Assembly: GCA_030390025.1 (NCBI GenBank)
Contig: CM059431.1
Coordinates: forward strand, 110,610,001 to 110,674,000
DNA length: 64,000 nt
Reading direction: 5' to 3'
From: Squalus acanthias
Taxonomy: Eukaryota
Shown: in pieces, positions 51,531 to 62,959 of the stretch
Numbering within the stretch: position 1 is the first letter of the stretch
Layout: every line of letters begins with the position of its first letter
The notes under the pieces: model-generated
What the model saw: the letters and a program-made list of their open reading frames with translations, nothing else
Told to the model about the DNA's origin: nothing
Database searches by the model: none
Made by a program: the position numbers and the translations under genes

Positions 51531-52050
51531 TATATTCCCAATAAAGAAAAAAGCTCTACCTGAAGTTATAAATTCAATATTCAGACCAGAGAACTGATTT
51601 CCCAGGAGAAAAATGAGTTACTGTTTGTGAAGCTTGCACTGAGTTTGGTTGTAGCAGTCTAGGCAATCAAAGACCAAGAGATCAGATTAGCAATCTATAT
51701 TTGGGACATTTGTGGGACTGAAAACATTCACAATAAAGAAAGGAAAATGCTCAAAATATTTTTCATAATGTTTTTGATCACCATCTTGGTTTCTCCACCT
51801 TGCTGAGGACTTAGTGCTGGAAATAAGACTCATAACATAATAAAATTTGCAAAAAGTGACTAAACATATCTATAGATTAGCATTTTCTATATATGAAATG
51901 TCTGTAATGATTTCCATTGGAAGCCTGTTCCTATATGAAAAACATCAATTAGAGTTCATGGGGTTTCCCAGAGCCATCACTCTCAGCCAAAGGTGACTCA
52001 ACAGGTCCCATTATGCATTTGTGCCTACACGTCACATTGCTTTTTTTAAT

Positions 52051-53280
52051 AGGCTTAGACCACACTTAGACTACTGTGCACAGTTCTGGTCTCCATACTA
52101 CAAAAAGGATATAGAAGCACTGGATAAAGTCCAAAAATGATTTACAAAGATGATACCAGAAATGAGAGGTTATAACTATCAGGAACGACTGAACAGGCTG
52201 GGTCTCTTTTCTCTAGAAAAGAGAAGGCTGAGACCTGACCTAATAGACGTCTTTATGAAGAGGTTCGATAGGGTAGATGTAGACAAGATGGGCTGGATTT
52301 TGATACTGGGGCGGGTTGGGGTCGTGTCATCCACTTTTCGTGTTATCCACCCGACTGCAATTGGATGTGGGAGATTGATGCGATTTTCACCTAATTGGGC
52401 AATTGAGTTCCAGCATGTGGGAACCCATGACCCAATTAGTGTTTTCAGTCTGAAAGTCGCCTCTGATGATGTCATCATTGCTGCTGCATTGAAGGTCTGC
52501 AAAGACTGCCTGGCCTTTGCTGTGAGAGGACCTGGATGCAAAATGAGCAGCAGCAGCCCTAATTCTGCTCCCAGATATTTTTGCACCACCACTCCCAGAT
52601 ATGTCTCCTCCTCATCCATCACCACCACTCCCAGATATGCATGCCAGCCATCCAAATGTGCTCCTGCCAGGTTTCACATTCGTGGTTCAGAACAGGTGTG
52701 TTTCACGTAGAAAAGGGGTTAAAATCACAAAGGCCTTTCAAAATGGCATTATAGAGGCAATTTAGTGCTTGTTAAGGGCCTTAACAGCCTATCCCGCCTC
52801 TTAGAGGTGGGACGGAGTTGGGACCAGCAGACACGATTTAATGAAAATTGCGTGGAGGCGGGATGGAGGCGGGCTTGTGGCCGCCCGCCAGTTTTTGCAA
52901 TTTTAACCCCCCACACGCCTCCAAACCCACCTCCACGGGTCAATGAAAATCCAGCCTGATGTTTCCACTTGTGGGGGGAGTCCAAAACTAGAGGCCATAA
53001 ATGGAAGAGTCACTAATAAATCCAGTAAGGAATTCAGGAGAAACCTCTTTACTCAGAGTTGTGAGAATGTGGAACTCGCTACCACATGGAGTAGTTGAGG
53101 CAAATAACATTAATGTATTTAAGGGGAAGCTTGAGAAATACATGAGGGGAAAAAAGAATAGGAGGATCTATTGATAGGGTTAGATGAAGTAAGGTGGGAG
53201 GAGGATCATGTGGAACATAAACACCTGTATAGACCTGTTGGCCCGAATGGCCTGTTTTTGTGTTGTAAATACTATGTAAA
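52051..53280 (+). mobile_element. CR1 3' fragment interrupted by a DNA transposon
   Basis: [13 protein letters not shown]...LGLFSLEKRRLR; resumes at 52958 (ATGTTTCCACTTGTGGGGGAGTCC). Confidence 0.85.
52290..52957. mobile_element. Harbinger-like MITE nested in CR1
   Basis: Perfect 11-bp TIR core GGCTGGATTTT/AAAATCCAGCC; 3-bp TSD GAT (52287-52289, 52958-52960); removing it restores CR1 continuity. Confidence 0.8.
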
Positions 53281-53849
53281 TACTCTGATATCTGTTTAGT
53301 GAATAAATCTACTTTGGCTTGGTTCAGATTTAGTCAATGATATATTTGAGTCAATCAACATGGTTAACTTAACAGATAATGGTTATAAAAGTCAATCATT
53401 ATCTGTTCGCTCTGCTGACACTTTTGAATGTCATATTTTGAAGTACAACATCTGTGCATTAGGTGAGACTGCAGATGTGTGACAAGAGCAACACTTATTA
53501 AATGGAGAGCACTTAGACATTAGTGGTTAAACAACTGAATCCAGTCACTTTAGTACATATTTGTCTTCTACTTTTATGAATGGATGTACAATCCTACACA
53601 GGTGTGATCACTTTGAGACCTGCATTTTGATTTGTTAAATATTGCTTCTACTCGGTCAGGAGTGGTGTTACTACCTACCATCGCAGGGCAGGGAGTGTTA
53701 GAGAGAGGAGCTGCTGTAATTCATAAAATGGAAGCAGAATTAATTCTCTATTGTAAAAAAGCAACTTGCTTTTTTCCCCCCACATTCCACACAAGGATGA
53801 CACAAAAGAATATCCTGAACATAAAAAAACAACAATTTTTTTGGTACAT

Positions 53850-54055
53850 TGGAATGCACTACCTGAAAAGGTGGTGGAGGCAGACTCAATCATGGCTTTC
53901 AAAAGGGAATTGGATAAGTACCGGAAGGAAAAATTTTGCCGGGCTACGGGGAAAGGGTGGGGAAGTGGGACAAGCTGAAGTGCTCTTGCAGAGAGCCGGC
54001 ACAGACTCGACGGGCCGAATGGCCTCCTTCTGTGCTGTAACCATTCTATGATTCG
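53850..54055 (+). mobile_element. CR1 3' fragment
   Basis: WNALPEKVVEADSIMAFKRELD and ATTCTATGATTC tail. Confidence 0.85.
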
Positions 54056-54544
54056 ACTTATGAGAAGGAAAATCTGACAGAAATGGAAATCAATGCTAAT
54101 GTAAATGACTCATGTGCTTTCCATTCACACGGCCTTTCACTTTAATGTTCCATCACCAGTGATGTTTATCTCCACTGTATGTAATTTAGGAATGCTTTTA
54201 AGTGGCAATAAACTTCCAAACTATTTAAATTCAAGTTATTTATTACAATGAGATTAGAATAGTGCACCTACGTGCGTGGTTGGGCCAAGGAACATGTTGC
54301 ACTTCTTTCTGCCCCTCCCCTCCCAAAATGATAGTTAAATATTGAAAACAAGTGGGATAAAATCATGCCGCGTGATATTAGCATAATAGCACTTTCATAG
54401 GAATTCTTTTGTCTGAAATTTCCATTGATTTTTAGCAATTCAGGACCTGTACAAGAGCATGACTTGTCTTTGCCATATTAGTAACATAAACACTGCCAAG
54501 TTTTTGTTTTCATTTATTTATCCTTTAGTTGTAATCATTTAATT

Positions 54545-55000
54545 CACCCCCACCCCGTGCTCGCTGACCTGCGTTGGCTCCCGGACTGGCAACGACTGGA
54601 TTTTAAAATTCCCGCCCTTGCGTTCAAATCCCTCCATGGCCTCGCCCCTCCCTACCTTTGTAACCTTCTCCAGCCTGACAAGCCTCCGAGATTATCTGCG
54701 CTCCTCCAATTCTGGCCTCTTGCGCATCCCCGATTATTGTCTCTCCACCATTGGCGGCCGTGCCTTCAGCTGCCTGGGCCCCAAGCTCCGTAATTCCCTC
54801 CCTAAACCTCTCCGCCTCTCTCTCTCTCTCCTCCTTTGAGACGCTCCTTAAAACCTACCTCTTTGACCAAGCTTTTGGTCACGGGTCGTAATAGCTCCTT
54901 ATGTGGCTTGGCGTCAAATTTTGTTTGATAACGCTCCTGTGAAGTGCCTTGGGATGATTTACTACGTTCAAAGGTGCTGTACAAATGCAAGCAGTTGTTG
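54545..55000 (+). mobile_element. L2 LINE 3' fragment
   Basis: LADLRWLP...FKSLHGLAPPYL...GGRAFSCLGPKL. Confidence 0.88.
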
Positions 55001-55283
55001 TAAACATAGTCTTGCACATTCTCTCTCCCCTCGATATGGTCACATTCTGTGATAGAACCTTGGGCCGTGTCCTTCACTGTTTCACTGGAAACTATCAACA
55101 CTAAACCATGCCAATAGGAGGAGCCCATTTGATACGCCTTGGCCAGCATGTGGATCATTTATGAGCCCATCAATTCCTGTTGTATTCACTAAAAAATATT
55201 TCAAATGTTTTGTTTATTTGACAAAGGCCTGTAAATGTTAACATACATACCTTTGCATGCTGAGAATTGGCCGAGTAAATATT

Positions 55284-56190
55284 ACATAAGAACATAAGAA
55301 ATAGGAGCAGTAATAGGCCACTTGGCCCCTGGAGCCTGCTCCGCCATTCAATAGGATCATGGCTGATCTTGGGCTCAAAGCCACTTCCCCGCCCGCTGCC
55401 CATAACCCTTCATTCCCTTATCTTGTAAAAATCTGTCTTTCTCTACCTTAAATATATTTAATGACCCAGCCTCCACAGCTCTCTGGGGCAGAGAATTCCA
55501 CAGATTTACGACCCTCTGAGAAAAGAAATTCCTCCTCATCTCAGTTCTAAAAGGGCGACCTTTTATTCTAAAACTGTGCCCCCGAGTTCTCGATTTCCCC
55601 ACAAGGGGAAACATCCTCTCTGCGTCTACCTTGTCGAGCCCCCTCAGTATCTTATATGTTTCAATAAGATCACCTCTCATTCTTCTAAATTCCAATGAGT
55701 ATAGGCCCAGCCTGCTCAACCTTTCCTCATAAGTCAACCCCCTCATCTCTGGAATTAACCTAGTGAATCGTCTCTGAACTGCCTCCACTGCAAGTATATC
55801 CTTCCTTAAATAAGGAGACCAAAACTGTACGTAGTACTCGAGGTGTGGTCTCACCAATACCCTGTACAGTTGTAGCAGGACTTCTCTGCTTTTATACTCC
55901 AACCCCTTTGAAATAAAGGCCAACATTCCATTTGCCTTTTTGATTACTTGCTGTACCTGCATGCTAACTTTTTGTGTTTCATGCACAAGGACCCCCAGGT
56001 CCCTCTGAATTGTAGCATTTTTTAATCTCTCTCCATTTAAATAATAATTTGCTTTTTTATTTTTCCTGCCAGAGTGTATAACCTCGCACTTTCCCACATT
56101 ATACTCCATCTGCCAAATGTTTGCCCACTCACTTAGCCTGTCTATATCCCTTTGCAGGTTCTTTGAGTCCTCTGCACAACTTGCTTTCCC
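55284..56190 (-). mobile_element. CR1 LINE 3' fragment with an open 244-aa ORF2 C-terminus
   Basis: MEYNVGKCEVIH...RDLGVLV...WNSLPQRAVEA and tail. Confidence 0.93.
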
Positions 56191-56344
56191 GATGGATCTT
56201 CTCTGGCATTGCTTGTACTATGTCAGGGGATATGCTGCTTTATAACAACAGCAGTGTTACACTATCTAACACACAATGTAATAGTCTGCTGCTAAGATGG
56301 GGGCTGTGTTTAGAATGGCCTATCCCTTTAAATGCCATTAATAA

Positions 56345-56615
56345 TCAACAACAACAAAAACAACAACTTACATTTATATAGCGCCTTAAAAGTCCCAAGG
56401 TGCTTCACAGGAGCGATTATCAATCAAAATTCGACATCGAGCCACATAACGAGATATTAGCATAGGTGACCAAAAGCTTGGTCAAAGAGGTAGGTTTTAA
56501 GGAGCGTCCTAAAGGAGGAGAGAGAGGTGGAGAGGCAGAGAGGTTTAGGGATGGAATTCCAGAGCTTAGGTCCTGGGCAGCTGAAGGTAATAGGCCGCCA
56601 ATGGTGGAGCGAGTA
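56345..56615 (-). mobile_element. L2 3' tail fragment
   Basis: (CAA)n tail; same family as 46735. Confidence 0.8.
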
Positions 56616-56674
56616 AAAAGCTAACTGCTGTGGCTGAGGTAAGTTTGCAGATTGGCAGCTGTTTATAAATTGCT

Positions 56675-56880
56675 AATGTGAGAAGTCGCACAACACCAGG
56701 TTATAGTCCAACAGTTTTATTTGAAATCACAAGCTTTCGGAGCGCTGCTCCACTTCACCTGACGAAGGAGCAGCGCTCCGAAAGCTTGTGATTTCAAATA
56801 AAACTGTTGGACTATAACCTGGTGTTGTGCGACTTCTCACATTTGTCCACCCCAGTCCAACACCGGCATCTCCACATCAT
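56675..56880 (+). mobile_element. Palindromic Penelope-derived mini-element with hammerhead core (flip isomer)
   Basis: Perfect 77-bp arms at 56675-56751 and 56767-56843, loop ACTTCACCTGACGAA, unique tail to 56880, TSD TATAAATTGCTA. Confidence 0.85.
56755..56791 (+). ncRNA. Candidate minimal type I hammerhead ribozyme
   Basis: UCAC-CUGACGA-A-GGAGC agc GCUCC-GAAA-GCUU-GUGA: stem I UCAC/GUGA, stem II GGAGC/GCUCC, palindromic stem III AGCU. Confidence 0.65.
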
Positions 56881-57411
56881 ATAAATTGCTAGTTCCATGT
56901 TAGAAGAAACCAGCAGGAAATTACTGGTTTAGGGTCTCTTTTTTGTAAAAAAAAATGCTGTTTGTTCATTGTAGCTTGCCTATGTGTTTAGATTTGTTTC
57001 TGTTTTATGAACACATTATTAGGTGCAAGTGTGAAAGAAGTTTTATAAGTGTGACACTTTCAAGTGAGTTAGACGCAAGACTTTTAGATATATTATAACT
57101 TTTTAAATCATAGGTCAAGTCTGATGGAGATGTTTATAATAATATGAATATCTTTAAAAACAAAATCTGTACTTCAGCCAGTTTAAAATGCACTCCACTA
57201 ACACATTTTCTCAACTTTAGAGTGTGGTGATATCACGTTGGCCTCACCGTTCGTTCCTCAGATGTCAGACTGCACATCATCAGGAGTGGGGGAGGGGTGG
57301 AGATGGATGTGAACTTTGTGGTTCAGGCTGTGAGGAGACTGGCCATGGAAAGGGTCTGGAAATAATTACTGCTATCGGGGAAAAGGGAATTGTCTGGAAA
57401 CCTCGGCTTAC

Positions 57412-57510
57412 CCCTCGTTCAGATTCCAGAAGCTCTGCTTTGACTCTTGCGGCCGGCATCCCGTCAAGCATTAACATTATGTTCTCAGAGGCGTCTTTGC
57501 TGTTCGAGCA
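57412..57510 (-). CDS. KLF12: KLF12 small upstream coding exon (equivalent to human exon 3)
   Basis: Translates CSNSKDASENIMLMLDGMPAARVKAELLESERG (human, recalled: ...ENRMLMLDGMPAVRVKTELLESEQG). Polypyrimidine tract and ccgcAG acceptor at 57512-57511, donor GGG|GTAAGC at 57411. Length 99 nt, phase 0-0; joins in frame to the exon starting at 3462. Confidence 0.93.
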
Positions 57511-59138
57511 CTGCGGAGAAAAGTAGAAAATAGTCATATGTCAGAGGGCCATTTTTGCACTCTTTCCACCCCACCCCCACCCCCACCCTCACTCACTCCA
57601 GCAGAAATGTCTAAAAAAGAATACTAGTTATTGCAATCGTACAACTTGAACTATTCAGACACTTAGCTTGCATCCCGGGGCATCAGGCACCACTGCGGTT
57701 TACTCTGCTGTCTAGGCCAGAGAGTGTCAACGGGCTAACTTTGGTGTTCTGGGGGGGGGGTGGTCCTCGTGCACTGTGCCTCCCGCTCGGAGACCCAAGA
57801 GGACCTTGCCCTCCTCCTGCTTTGTTTTGAAATGCAAGCTCCCTTTCGGAATCCAGCCAGGGATACAAGAAGCGCAAATGCCTCAGGCTACATTACTGAC
57901 AGACATTGAAGGATGAACGGATGGAACTGGGCCCCCTTGAGGAAGCATTGCTCAAAGGGAAAGCAGCTGCCACACATAAAAATATCCCTGCAACGCAGAA
58001 GTGGAACAGTTCAGGGCGAGGAAGAGATTTGAGAAATTCATGATTAATGAACTGTTTAGAAAAAAAAAAGAAGCTTTTTTTCCCTCACCACCCTATTACG
58101 AGCTGATTTCACAATATTTCACGACTCACTAAATTCATCATTAAAACGGTCCCGAGAAAAGTAGGGCCATGCTTTGCATTTGTTTATTGATCGAGGTACA
58201 TCACTTAAAGGGATCAAAGTCAAGTTTACCTATTCTGCTGACCTTCCCCAGCCCATTGTCTTCCCTTTACTTCACCCAGTCATGATTTTGATTGCCTTTG
58301 TGCTTGTTTTGAACACGATTTTTGCCACGCAATACCACAGAAGAGCAGAAACCCAAGTTCATCTGCTGCCTGAATATCCTTCTAGCTCCTGAATTATATG
58401 ATCACCCTGCCTTTAACTAAATATTTCTCCCCCTTCCGCGACCCTCCACTTTAGCAGTTTTTCCCCTGGATTTTTCCCCCTATAAAATGTTCACTATTTT
58501 CCTGTACACGCCACAGGGTAAGAATTTCACCGATTGTCACAGCATGGTGTGCGTGCGCTTGTGAACATTTCCCCTGCATACGGTTTTTAGCAAAATCAAA
58601 CAAGTTCTGCAGTGGGGGGGAAACAGAGTAAGAGAATCTGAGAGGTACAATGGGAGAATATTCGGCCTGTTGAGGCTGTGAAGATTTGAGGAGGTCAGAG
58701 GTTGGGAAGATTGGAAGTGGGAACACTTCTATATTGTGAACCAGTTTGAAAAAAGTGTCCACCAAAACACGAGTAAAAGAAATGGTTATTTTTCAGTGCA
58801 TGGAATCATGTTACAAAGGGCTTGCCTGATGCTTATACATTTGAAAGTGCAAGGAGGTATCAGCAATTAATATTTAAAAAAAAATACAAGAGGAAGACTG
58901 CCACAGAAGCAAACCTGGGGGGACCAAATTAAAATTTGAAATCTTTATTGTTTGATTAATGCAAGATCACCGAGGTTGGAGGTCACGCAGTTGAGCTTGA
59001 CACTGTGCAGCTACAATTGGTCCCAATGTGGAAGTCCAAAAAAAAAAATCAACAATATTGAAATTGCGATGGGAGGACTTCATTTTTACAGCAGCAAAAA
59101 GCTGGAAACAAAAGCACAAAAAAAAGTTAAAAACTATT

Positions 59139-59845
59139 GGGGTAGAAATTGGAACCTTGATGCGGCCATTTTATGGGTGCAACGAGGGCCTATTTCGCAG
59201 AGCAACCTGCTGTGCCCCATCCGTGCCGGGGGCTTGGGCGCCACCATATTGGCATAGGCGGTTGCCCAGGTGCCCACCTGAAACGGGCATTTGACTCCCT
59301 TACATATGTAAATGAGGGGCCTAACACCCACTGAGGACTCCTGCACTAACTTGGTCGGCAATGAGTGGAGCATCAAGATTCTTCAGAGGTCACTGCAGCC
59401 TAAGCAGCAGCTGCCGCCAAAAACCTAATTTCCTTTTTTACCCCCCCTAAACTTTCCCCATGGAGCCAGGAAAAGCAGCAGGAGTGCTCCTCCCAACTCC
59501 ACAGCATTCATGTAATTGCCGGGCTGCAATTGGCCTCCCACCCATTGCCCTTTCACCCCCGCCACCCCAGGAATTACCTTCGGGCTGCTGCCACGGAGGA
59601 GGGTGACCTGAAATTGAAACCCTCACAATGGGCGAGCTGCCTCTGTAGTGATGATAAGTGTAATAATTTGGGTGCACTGCCGGCAATGAGGCCTGAGTCC
59701 CAATTCCAGGTGCGCCTCGGGCATCCCAGTTGGGGTGCGCTGCTGAGGAGGCCTGAATCTGTAAATGGTTTTGGGGGCCTCCCAAATGCTGGCTTCAGGC
59801 AGTCGGTGCGACCGTTCCATCAACTCCACGCCCTGTTTCGGCCCC
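59139..59845. mobile_element. GC-rich TIR-like element (Harbinger-like)
   Basis: GGGGTAGAAATTGG start and TTTCGGCCCC end. Confidence 0.45.
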
Positions 59846-59870
59846 TCACAATCTCTTATTTATAAACACC

Positions 59871-60080
59871 TGTGAGAAGTCGCACAACACCAGGTTATAG
59901 TCCAACAGCTTTATTTGAAATCACAAGCTTTCGGAGCGCTGCTCCTTCGTCAGGTGAAGTGGAGCAGCGCTCCGAAAGCTTGTGATTTCAAATAAAGCTG
60001 TTGGACTATAACCTGGTGTTGTGCGACTTCTCACATTTGTCCACCCCAGTCCAACACCGGCATCTCCACATCATGGCTAT
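59871..60080 (+). mobile_element. Palindromic Penelope-derived mini-element (flop isomer; hammerhead core on the minus strand)
   Basis: Perfect 75-bp arms at 59871-59945 and 59961-60035, loop TTCGTCAGGTGAAGT, same tail as the first copy, TSD TATAAACACC. Confidence 0.85.
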
Positions 60081-60189
60081 TATAAACACCTGGTTAAGAA
60101 CTTTTAGTTCTTTCTCTGAAGCATGTCCTCTCGGTAAGTTTCGTTTGGCGTACGATCTTGGAGTATTACTTCTAAAAAAAGTCAAATTG

Positions 60190-60470
60190 AAGCAGTGTCC
60201 AAATGCTGGAAATCTTAAAAATAAAGACAGAAATATTTTGAAATACGCTGCAGGTCTGTTAACATCTGAAAAGAGAACAGACTCGTCAATATTTTGGACA
60301 TAGACCCTTCATCAGAACTCCTGCTTACATATATTGATCATCAAAAGTGTCTTAGCACCCACATTAAGAGCACTTCTAAAGAAAAGTCTACACCTAAAAC
60401 ATCAACTTGCCATTTCTCCTCACAGATGCTGACAAACCTGTTGTGTATTTCCAACATTTTCAGATTTAAA
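60190..60470. mobile_element. Degenerate Penelope-like pLTR fold-back remnant
   Basis: Inverted arms like 32530-32700; AGTTCTGATGAAGGGTC on the minus strand at ~60303-60319. Confidence 0.55.
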
Positions 60471-60636
60471 AAAAAAATTGGTCCAATTTACGTTTGCTAA
60501 AACCTGGAATGGTTTCATCTAATGCTATCGGATAGCTTGTGTTACTGCTAGCTGTGACTGAACCATGCATGAATGCGGACAACAGCATACTTGCATGCCA
60601 ATGATAAATAAGCACTGTTCATACATATTTTTTTTA

Positions 60637-60965
60637 AATTATTCGTTTATGGGATGTGGGCATCGCTGGCAAGGCCAGCATTTATTGCCCATCCCTAGTT
60701 GCCCTTGAGAAGGTGGTGGTGAGCCGCCTTCTTGAACTGCTGCAGTCTGTGTGGTGAAGGAACTCCCACAGTGCTGTTAGGGAGGGAGTTCCAGGATTTT
60801 GACCCAGCGACGATGAAGGAGCGCCGATATATTTCCAAGTCAGGATGGTGTGTGTGACTCGGAGGGGAACTTGGAGGTGGTGGTGCCCTTGTCCTTCTAG
60901 ATGGAAGAGGTCGCGGGTTTGGGAGGTGCTGCCAAAGAAGCCTTGGCGAGTTGCTGCAGTGCATA
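60637..60965 (-). mobile_element. L2/CR1-group LINE 3' fragment (third family)
   Basis: RSFIVAGSKSWNSLPNSTVGVPSPHRLQQFKKAAHHHLLKGN*. Confidence 0.8.
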
Positions 60966-61214
60966 TTTACCACTGAAAGCGCCTTACCACCCACCTGAGG
61001 AACAATTTCTCCCATTTGGTGAGCACCTGCTCTCCACTCTGCATACACCCCCTATAATACAGCTATGATCAGGAACTTGCCATGCAGGGAAATGTAGACA
61101 CAAACTTACAGCTTGGCACAGAGCTTTGGGGCACGGTCATACTCACTTTTGTTTCTGTTCTGCGGTGTTGCTGAGCTCTCATGCTATTTCATCTCATTAG
61201 ACCTCGCGTTTTAA

Positions 61215-61597
61215 AAAATTTGTTCTCGGGATGTGGACGTCACTGGCAAGGCTGGCATTTATTACCCACCCCGAGTTGCCCTTAGTTTGATACAACGGAA
61301 TAGCTTGCTTGGCCACTTCAGAGGGCGGTTAAGTGTTAGCCACATTGGTGTGGGATTGAAGTCACATATAGACCAGATCGGGTAAGGTCGGCAGGATTCC
61401 TTCCCTATAGGACATTAGTGAACCAGTTGGGTTTTTTATGACAATCCGACAGCTTCACGGTCACTTTTACTGATACCAGCTTTTTATTTCCAGATTTTTT
61501 TCTGAATTCAAATTCTCAAACTGCCATGGTGAGATTTGAACTCACGTTCTTCGAATTATTAGTCCAAGCCTCTGGATTACGAGTACAATAGCATAAT
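61215..61597 (-). mobile_element. tRNA-derived SINE (second family)
   Basis: Homologous to 38637-39012. Confidence 0.8.
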
Positions 61598-61864
61598 CTC
61601 TGTCCAGGAATACAGGAGGGCAGGAGAGGCATTGAGTGACACACCCTCCAATTTTTCCTCTCCCTCTACAGCGGGCAGGGAGTTCAGCCTTTAATCACAC
61701 CAGGCTGGATTGAATTGGAACTTGTATCCCGGGGTGGGGGGGGGAAGGATAATGTACTAACCCAATACATCACCCAGTCTCTGCTGAATAATTGCATGAA
61801 AAAGCTGCATCTCTGTGGGCTCAACTAGCTGATCTAGTCTTACAGTCTTCAGGAAAAACACATG

Positions 61865-62215
61865 CTTCTCTAACCTCCTCCAGCCCTACAACCCTCCGAG
61901 ATCTCTGCGTTCATCCAATTCTGGCCTCTTGCGCATTCCCGATTTTAATTGCTCCGCCAGTGGCCGTGCCTTCAGCTGCCTCCACCCTAAGCTCTGGAAT
62001 TCCCTCCCTAAAACTCACCACTTCTCTACCTCTGTCTCCTCCTTTAAGATGCTCCTTAAAAACTACCTCTCCGACCAAGCTTTTGGTCACCTGCCCTAAT
62101 ATCCCCTTATGTGGCTCGGTGTCAAATTTTGTTTGATAATCGCTCCTGTGAAGCGCCTCGAGACATTTTACTACGTTAAATGCGCTGTATAAATACAAGT
62201 TGTTTTTGTGGTTGT
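61865..62215 (+). mobile_element. L2 LINE 3' fragment
   Basis: Same family as 54545. Confidence 0.85.
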
Positions 62216-62416
62216 AGATAGATACCAAAATTAAAATAAATATACCCTTGTAGAATTGTTATGCATTCTGTATCATCTACCCTAAATAGTTAGTAAATCA
62301 GTTCTGGCTCATTGTCATTGCAAACACGACAACTGCACTTATCTCAATAATATCTAAAATTAAGTTAATTGTTCAATTTGTGAACTGTGCTGAATTAGCA
62401 TAAATTAGGGACTGCG

Positions 62417-62600
62417 AGATAGATTGTGACTTTGTACGATAGTGTAAAACGAGTGATAGCAAATCAGCAGTCCACTTTACAGCTCCCCTCATTTTTATTT
62501 CTATTGAAGTCAATGGAAATAAAATCAGGAGAGATGTAAAATGGGCTGCCGACTCGCTAGCGCTCCCTTTACGCCATCTCACAAAGTCAAGAACTACCCC
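62417..62600. mobile_element. Imperfect palindromic MITE
   Basis: Fold-back around TTTTATTTCTATTGAAGTCAATGGAAATAAAA; outer GACTTTGT/ACAAAGTC. Confidence 0.6.
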
Positions 62601-62959
62601 AACGTCTGTGGATGCTGAGCGAGAACTTTCACCCATGGATACTATCCTGGCTCACACTTGAGCAATGCACAAAGCACCCTCCATGGGGCAATAAACCCAG
62701 GACAGATGGGAGGGAAAATTGGAGGAGAAAAATAAATTTAAGAACTAACCCTTATTACAAGATTGACTATGGGAGCAACAATACAAGCATGTATCTAACA
62801 CATCTTCTTATGGTGTTTTAAGATTCCTCCATTGGAGAAAGTAACCAGGGATCACCATGTATCAGAGCTTTACAGTGAAGTGCAGTGTTTTTAATCACAC
62901 TTGATGCAAAAATATCTTGTGATTGGAATAGAAAATACAATTGTGAGCAATTTTTAGTG

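Larger units (their letters stand above)
3463..57411 (-). other. KLF12: KLF12 GT-AG intron, 53,949 bp
   Basis: Lies between the two exons above; the spliced junction reads ...ESERG|SPRAPNFSDM..., as in human ...SEQG|SPNVHNYPDM. Confidence 0.88.

Noticed and set aside
52584..52640. Two CACCACCACTCCCAGATATG repeats as a CRISPR-like array
   Set aside because: Only two or three degenerate units inside a MITE in a vertebrate intron; simple tandem duplication.
56675..56843. Conventional microRNA gene or terminator
   Set aside because: The perfect long palindrome, second copy, TSDs and hammerhead core indicate a mobile element.
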